Shown one piece after another: positions 60,701-64,000 of a stretch of DNA of 64,000 nt. Each line of letters starts with the position of its first letter. The first letter of the stretch is position 1. Origin of the DNA: Ruditapes philippinarum (taxonomy: Eukaryota); the NCBI RefSeq assembly GCF_026571515.1, contig NW_026864227.1:1-64000 (forward strand), read 5' to 3'. Both the position numbers and the translations under genes were made by a program. The notes beneath the pieces were generated by a model that saw only the letters and a list, made by a program, of their open reading frames with translations, did no database searches and was not told the origin of the DNA.

Positions 60701-63700
60701 TAGATTGTCACTATAATTTTGTATAAGCTTTTTTTAATTGAAGTGTTTAAAGCTATATTATATGTTTATGTTTGAATTTCCAAAAGAATTCTTCCAAAAT
60801 GCTTGTATGATAAAGGTATGGTAGTATATTGCCTTTTAAGCAAATGACACAGGCATGAAATCATTGCTAACTTGTTAAAACCCTAATAGTGGCATAGTAT
60901 TTTGTTTCAGAACATTTTATTCTGTTTGTGTACAACATTCATGTGTGTAAAATAATACAGACATTCTTTATTAACTTTTTCACATTCTATATTAACTTTT
61001 TTAAGAATCAATCATAAGATTTTGGAAACAAAATATTATTTAACTATTAATAAATTTTATAATAATATTTCATTACAGATATAGCTTTATACCCTTTAAA
61101 AGTATCAAATGATTTATAACTATTGCAAATTAAAGATTGCAAATGCTTTAAATTCAGCCAAAAATGGGAATAACCCCTGTTCTCACTGCAGGTTTCTGTA
61201 CAAGGTCTGCTATGTTGTAGAATTTTTTTTATTTATATCATTAAAGTTTAAACTTAAAACATTTATTACAGTTGGTGTAAGACTGAGGCTAACAGTCAGT
61301 CCACGGATGATATGGCCAAATCTCTGATAGATTCATCTGTATTCATTGCTTTTATCTCCATGAATTATGCTGACGATATAGACTGTGTCAACATTTTCAA
61401 ATATGCTAGACTGATATTAAAGAAAACAATTGTTGTTGTTGCTATTGGTGATGGATTTGAATGGAAGCAAAGTAAACTTGGAATACTTTTATCAGATGAG
61501 GTGAAGGTTTATTATAATAATGTTAAGTTATTAATAATGTGATATGTTTTTAAATCTTTATTAAAACATATAGTGCACTAAAACTATGTTTACTTTACAA
61601 CTTATGAATAATGTTTAAATCAAAATCTGAAAAGTACAGGGCAGTAATATCTGTAAAAATGTCTGATAAATTGATAAGTACTTTGCAATACATGGATTAC
61701 AGAATAAAATATCATGTAAACCCTTTCACGGCCATAGGGACGGCATATGCCGTCCCTATTATTTTCGGCGTATTTGCCATATGGACGGCTTTTGCTGTTT
61801 CTTTAATAATAATAATAATTATAATAATAATAATAATTATAATAATAATAATAATAAATATATAGATAATTATACCATCGACAATAATTATTATTATACT
61901 AGCAGATTTGGAAACATATATAATTATCATAATACTAATAACAAATAATAATAATTATATTAATTAATAATATACTAATTTCTTAGAAAACCTTCTGGCA
62001 AATAGGTGATCAATAAATAAATAACCCTCTGGCAGCGAAAGGGTTAAGATTATTTGATATTGAATATTTATATATTTCTCTACATGTAGGTTTTTGTAAA
62101 CATGACAAAGGGGAAGTTTCAGTATTATGACAGTAAGTTTGATGAATTAATCAAGACATTGAAAGATAAGTCTAATGTTAGTACAGAATCTGATGCTGAC
62201 CCAAAACCTCAGGTTTTCTTCAGTTACACCTGGGTCAACTCGGCACAGGCTGTGACACTGGGAACAAGGTACACTATCTATTTTTTATGGTATATAAGTA
62301 CAACTAGCAATAATTTACTCAATTTTGTAATTTTTTAACATCATGTTCATGTATGTGTTTAGATTATTTTATTTTCTGTGTTTATGTCAAGATGATATGT
62401 TACTTAAAGAAAATGTGATCAATGTAATCTAATTTATTTAAGTTTATGATGTTAGAATTCTTATCTTATTAAGATATCTAGTTCTGCTTATCATTATAAG
62501 GGGCAGTTGTTAGACAAGGGGCATAATTATGAAAGCTATATTTTTGGAGTTATACCCCTTTTTAACTTAGTTGTTGCCCTCAACAGATAAGCTAACATGG
62601 ATGGGTTGCTCTTTCTCTACAGTAAATTTGCTAAGTGAAAAATATTTATCCCAGCTATACAAGGTCTGGGCATATCAATGGATGCTGTGTTCAAACCGGT
62701 GCTAGTTAGGGTGAGGGATGATGCACTTTTTCATTATCCCTCATATACAGACTCAATCAAACAGAGTCTGCAATTTTCATGTAATTTAGATTTGTTGTGA
62801 TTAGTAGTTCCCTAGTTAAGTAAAGTATATTTATCCCAGCTTTATACAAGGTTTGGGAATTTCAATGGATGTTGAGTTTTAAGTAAAATCTGATAAAATG
62901 GTCAAGATCAAGTTTACATTGATTTATATTCTGTGTATGAGAATAAATACAAATATTTTCAGGGAGGTTCCTGGTGCGTTAGGTTACGGAGATCCAAGGG
63001 AACTAAAATCATTCATAGAAGAGCATGGTGTAAGATGTTGGATAGATGTAGAACGTGTTGGAATGGTACGTCTTTAGCTGTGTTTTATGCTTTGTGATGC
63101 AATGTCTACAAAAATTATCAAAGGGTTTAAGACATGCATATACGTATTTAGAATGATATATAATGGTAACAAGATGATTTAAGCATTGATCATATATTTG
63201 TATTTTATGTTGTCTGAATATTATATTTATATTTTATAGAATGGACTGTTTGATGATATAGCTGAAGGGTTATTGAGTGCTAAAGTTGTGGTAGTTTGTG
63301 TATCAGATGAATACGCAAGCTCATCCACATGCCAGATAGAATTCCGTTATGCTGCCAACACTCTTAGATTACCAATTATAATGGCTGTTGTGGGAACAGG
63401 TGATAATTGGAGAGCTACAGAGGTATATTTTACTTGTGTATTGTTTCTTGTTATCATTTAGAGGACAGACATTATTGACATACAGTGTATGACTTATTCT
63501 ACAATCATACTGTACATGTTGTGTTATGTTTTAACACTGAATATTTAGTTTAATTTATTATTATTTTGTATAGGTGTCGCATATCAAACTTTAACTTGTA
63601 TATTATTTTGTCCCCTCTACAGAGTAGTGGTGACATATAGGAATGGCTTCCTTGTCCGGACTACTCCTCTTATACCACCAAGGCAATTTCAAGGAAACTT

Positions 63701-64000
63701 TAGAGGATTGATCTGTAGCTCAAGTCCTTGCATGGGTTTTCTGGTTGAATGAAAAATGTGTTTTTTGTGTGTTGCCATATACACAAAAGCTTGTCCTGAC
63801 TACTCCTCAAAAACAACTGATGCAATTTCATCCAAACTTAACTTGTATATTATATTTATGTATAGGTGGGACTGACGTCAGTTTATTACCCTATAGTAAA
63901 TTTTCAAGAAAAGACCAAAAATGCAAAGCAGAAGTTACTTAAACTGGTTACAGAAAAATTATCTGATAAAGATGACGCCACAACTACAAAAGCTCAGAAA
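11176..64000 (+). CDS. Giant ROCO-family protein: LRR - pseudo-Roc/COR - Cys knot - LRR/EF-hand - Roc - COR - TIR - TIR (3' end beyond window)
   Basis: 55 coding exons joined by GT-AG introns with matching phases, 7965 nt open in total. Roc motifs: G1 GLGGAGKTS, G2 TDGI, G3 WDFAGQ, G4 GTHID. COR motifs: FLHDLGS, INPQW, YLPAGLFNR. Two TIR domains. Confidence 0.9.
11278..11525 (+). repeat. Exonic 45-bp coding tandem repeat (VLPVVQSQAMALDSG, about 5.5 copies)
   Basis: gtgttacctgtagtgcaaagtcaggccatggcacttgattctggg repeated almost identically. Confidence 0.95.
12877..13708 (-). mobile_element. Pogo/Tigger-like (Tc1-mariner) deletion derivative
   Basis: TA-flanked TIRs CAGTCAGGACTCA...TGAGTCCTGACTG. 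An internal minus-strand remnant STKRQRTNLTFEQK resembles a pogo transposase N-terminus. Confidence 0.8.
13800..14170. repeat. Degenerate TG-rich microsatellite/minisatellite
   Basis: tgtgtgtatg and gtgtatgccactgtgtttt units. Confidence 0.85.
14595..17963 (+). CDS. ROCO gene exons 4-7 (14595-14736, 15764-15828, 17435-17591, 17868-17963): cysteine-containing LRRs
   Basis: VKWISLTGCYNVTDEGVYWI and IKSIQLSGCNKITEKSINYL fit the LxxLxLxGCxxITD FBXL/AMN1-type LRR; the segment ends with NGCPMMSP. Confidence 0.8.
15262..15781 (+). repeat. 52-bp x10 acceptor-spanning tandem array
   Basis: Unit cagtaatctaaatatatatatttgtatattgtag|GATGTTATAACGTGACAG; the last copy is the real exon start (15764). Confidence 0.97.
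16698..17421. repeat. AT-rich ATATGATAAATAT minisatellite
   Basis: Directly visible; it is the source of the spurious FIIYLYLSY ORFs. Confidence 0.95.
18549..31065 (+). CDS. ROCO gene exons 8-19 (18549-18748, 19952-20074, 20687-20838, 21171-21282, 22060-22167, 24400-24546, 24894-25091, 25311-25442, 26743-26846, 28256-28359, 30070-30203, 30888-31065): degenerate Roc-COR-like module
   Basis: Open and phase-consistent. Motif order parallels the downstream Roc-COR (RKLVIL, FNVF, FVLWG, LWGHCVYY, TDFQFLADI, LLRVLEK, YWP, GLPESFFPNL, AWESG, VRGP, MPCLHC), but there is no P-loop or DxxG. Confidence 0.75.
18749..19060 (+). repeat. GAGTACTTC-core minisatellite starting at a donor site
   Basis: The donor gtaagtactttacat is echoed as ggagtactttacat and gagtacttcccat units. 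Confidence 0.75.
19258..19850. repeat. 40-bp minisatellite, about 15 copies
   Basis: tagtcctaaaaatgtcctgaccttaaacaagagtatataa. Confidence 0.95.
20206..20712 (+). repeat. 37/38-bp x~13 acceptor-spanning tandem array
   Basis: Unit ...gtgtacttgtcacag|TATGATGACTGCAGTTTTGTTT; the last copy opens the exon at 20687. Confidence 0.97.
21468..21760. repeat. 53-bp minisatellite, about 5.5 copies
   Basis: gtgacctgatttggtcatgaccagaagagggcccatataaattaagaaaacag. Confidence 0.95.
22380..24416 (+). repeat. 42-bp x~48 acceptor-spanning tandem array
   Basis: Unit taacacacttcattgattattgtag|ATGTTAGAATACAGTGA; the last copy opens the exon at 24400. Confidence 0.95.
24772..24912 (+). repeat. 71-bp x2 duplication of an acceptor plus exon start
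   Basis: ...ttttgttgacag|GGACATWGTGTTTACTACC occurs twice. Confidence 0.95.
25588..26140. repeat. 48-bp minisatellite, about 11 copies
   Basis: agtatagggcctagtcaggcagcaaacaagttagggtcaggcaacaca. Confidence 0.95.
26931..27848. repeat. 34-bp minisatellite, about 27 copies
   Basis: taatataagctgtatagaggtagagatatcatca. Confidence 0.97.
27930..28129. mobile_element. Short hairpin MITE
   Basis: Long TIRs tgagcc..tcacaacaaaaccaacatagtgcgttt / aaacgcactatgttggttttgttgtga..ggctca in a TA-rich context. Confidence 0.9.
28593..30088 (+). repeat. 40-bp x~37 acceptor-spanning tandem array
   Basis: Unit tattgttgtttataatatcag|GACTGCCAGTGATTGTGAT; the last copy opens the exon at 30070. Confidence 0.97.
30210..30655. 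repeat. 25-bp minisatellite immediately after a donor
   Basis: tactgatacagtacaatataacata units. Confidence 0.9.
31334..32209 (+). CDS. ROCO gene exons 20-21 (31334-31484, 32134-32209): Cys-rich putative zinc-binding motif
   Basis: CLMCENCAIDGIQCEVNLKHGIKNWRCGCDREGMLCNYCGMCQRC contains 10 Cys. Confidence 0.8.
31585..31780 (+). mobile_element. Degenerate tRNA-derived SINE
   Basis: A-box-like tgactaagtggtt and B-box-like gggttccagtccc, followed by a unique tail. Confidence 0.55.
32262..32708. mobile_element. Non-autonomous element with a long internal palindrome
   Basis: Inverted repeat at 32551-32697 (tttgtttagtttagtgtaagatcg...cgatcttacactaaactaaacaaa) centred on cactcgtggctgcgccactcgtg. 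It ends in atatcctctat, as does a fragment near 39915-40033. Confidence 0.7.
33226..42711 (+). CDS. ROCO gene exons 22-29 (33226-33458, 33952-34108, 38008-38151, 38802-38877, 40201-40386, 41114-41319, 41663-41731, 42562-42711): possible SPRY-like segment and uncharacterised linker domains
   Basis: Open and phase-consistent. YFSDSGR...FRTCKDGDT...LHLNG weakly recalls SPRY motifs. The acceptors at 38801 and 42561 are weak (aag). Confidence 0.7.
34628..38012 (+). repeat. 31/33-bp x~105 acceptor-spanning tandem array with two unit types
   Basis: aatataaattttgtattatcag|GGCACtttt and aaagatatacattttgtattatcag|ggtatgtt; the last copy opens the exon at 38008 (GGCACA). Confidence 0.97.
38413..38810 (+). 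repeat. 33-bp x12 array spanning a probable acceptor
   Basis: gatataaatgtctgatatttaaag|TTCATAAAG; the last copy runs into the open exon 38802-38877. Confidence 0.85.
38892..39640. repeat. 15-bp minisatellite, about 50 copies, right after a donor
   Basis: aacaatrtacatgat units; source of the IVIMY ORFs. Confidence 0.97.
40371..40931 (+). repeat. 80-bp x7 donor-spanning tandem array
   Basis: CTGTGTCTYACATGGA|gtaagtagg...; the first copy is the real exon end (40386). Confidence 0.97.
43536..47910 (+). CDS. ROCO gene exons 30-35 (43536-43827, 44512-44709, 45627-45746, 46631-46740, 47046-47178, 47713-47910): LRR array with inserted EF-hand
   Basis: Typical LRRs (LSFIDLGYNNLTVIP, LQILELGNNCFPKVP, LKYLHVHGNCFTKLP, LYELNLTHNPNLLSVP). 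EF-hand loop DENSNGVLDIKE. Confidence 0.9.
45010..45626 (+). repeat. 27/30-bp x~22 array ending exactly at an acceptor
   Basis: tttacagacattgtataattacaataa units; final ...taattacag|AAATGCCA. Confidence 0.95.
45875..46385. repeat. Degenerate GATCTGAGACT minisatellite
   Basis: ggtattgatctgagact-like units. Confidence 0.8.
48130..49694 (+). mobile_element. Helentron-associated (HINE/pearl-like) element carrying ~170-bp tandem repeats
   Basis: Repeated blocks with aaggtcaaggtcaca and cttcaaacttggctcaaatgttcac; 3' end with a short hairpin (atcgcattcagcgat) and ctagtttt. Family assignment is from recall. Confidence 0.75.
49750..49880 (+). mobile_element. 5' fragment of a HINE-like element next to the acceptor of the P-loop exon
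   Basis: tatcccc...(ctgt)n microsatellite...tgtccagaacataact...gaaactt; a related fragment lies at about 63610-63845. Confidence 0.5.
49897..54391 (+). CDS. ROCO gene exons 36-41 (49897-50062, 50339-50406, 51487-51587, 53001-53150, 53663-53752, 54285-54391): Roc GTPase domain
   Basis: RTKLMLVGLGGAGKTSL; ITDGIDIQTW; YNIWDFAGQTVYYNTHQFFLS; PVFVIGTHID; ISSYTGQGV. Confidence 0.95.
50644..51492 (+). repeat. 32/27-bp acceptor-spanning array
   Basis: Proximal units are tttattggttatatattacag|GTATTG; distal units have diverged to ...ttacaagaattg. Confidence 0.93.
51664..53037 (+). repeat. 51-bp x~26 acceptor-spanning tandem array
   Basis: cggttatattttcag|TTTTTCCTGTCTGCCAACAGAGCTATA...; the last copy opens the exon at 53001 (FFLSANRAIYLLLW). 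Confidence 0.97.
53985..54260. repeat. Degenerate GTTGTTATCATG minisatellite
   Basis: Directly visible. Confidence 0.8.
54796..59517 (+). CDS. ROCO gene exons 42-49 (54796-54877, 56160-56306, 56848-57012, 57434-57532, 58121-58215, 58615-58762, 59051-59168, 59425-59517): COR domain
   Basis: AVQFLHDLGSVQHF; VVINPQWIVDVM; LLRLTEEFDL; LVPCLLP; YTFEYLPAGLFNRAQVRL; IWKKG; MPCPEC. Confidence 0.92.
54872..55945 (+). repeat. 32-bp x~33 donor-spanning tandem array
   Basis: TCTGAG|gtaagtctcttagataatggtattaa; the first copy is the real exon end (54877). Confidence 0.97.
57585..58138 (+). repeat. 35-bp x~16 acceptor-spanning array filling most of the intron
   Basis: taattctttcattctag|GTAWGACTTCATTCTCTG; divergence increases away from the exon at 58121. 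Confidence 0.93.
59613..60210. repeat. 13-bp ACCTTGATCTCTC minisatellite
   Basis: Directly visible, degenerate. Confidence 0.9.
60302..64000 (+). CDS. ROCO gene exons 50-55 (60302-60404, 61272-61500, 62090-62268, 62963-63065, 63240-63422, 63866->64000): two tandem TIR domains
   Basis: TIR1: DIFISY...GYKCW...VFIAFISMNYADDIDCVNIFKYA. TIR2: QVFFSYTW...GVRCWIDVE...LFDDIAEGLLSAKVVVVCVSDEYASSSTCQIEFRYA...PII. Confidence 0.9.
61721..62043. mobile_element. piggyBac-like MITE with an internal (AAT)n tract
   Basis: Ends CCCTTTC...GAAAGGG, right flank TTAA, left flank taaa (imperfect TSD). Confidence 0.7.

Noticed and set aside
62620-62880. Roughly 60-bp dispersed direct repeat in a TIR intron
   Set aside because: It does not span a splice site and looks like an ordinary local duplication.
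49897-64000. Calling the gene LRRK1/LRRK2, MFHAS1 or DAPK1
   Set aside because: COR is followed by TIR domains rather than a kinase or death domain, so no orthologue symbol is supportable.

Overview
AT-rich eukaryotic (animal) genomic DNA. The interspersed repeats resemble those I associate with bivalve genomes, which is an inference. There is one assembly gap at 3436-3592. Two intron-rich genes lie head-to-head. (1) On the minus strand is the 5' part of PGGT1B (geranylgeranyl transferase type I beta): exons 1-4 are intact, exon 5 is frameshifted and breaks off, and later exons are not seen. (2) On the plus strand is a very large gene that I spliced by hand into 55 phase-consistent GT-AG coding exons (11176 to beyond 64000, about 2655 codons in the window, no internal stop). 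Its order is: 15-aa repeat and Pro-rich N-terminus, Cys-containing LRRs, a degenerate Roc-COR-like module lacking the GTPase motifs, a Cys-rich knot, a possible SPRY-like segment, an LRR array with an inserted EF-hand, an intact Roc GTPase, COR, a TIR lacking the catalytic Glu, and a TIR retaining it. The most striking DNA-level pattern is that roughly 20 splice junctions of this gene are tandemly amplified into the adjacent intron (2 to about 105 copies). Each repeat unit contains the splice site, usually with the exon edge, and the copy that keeps the frame is always the one touching the exon. Introns also hold ordinary minisatellites, MITEs, a SINE and Helentron-associated-type elements. 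Most long ORFs in the supplied track are translations of these repeats, not genes.
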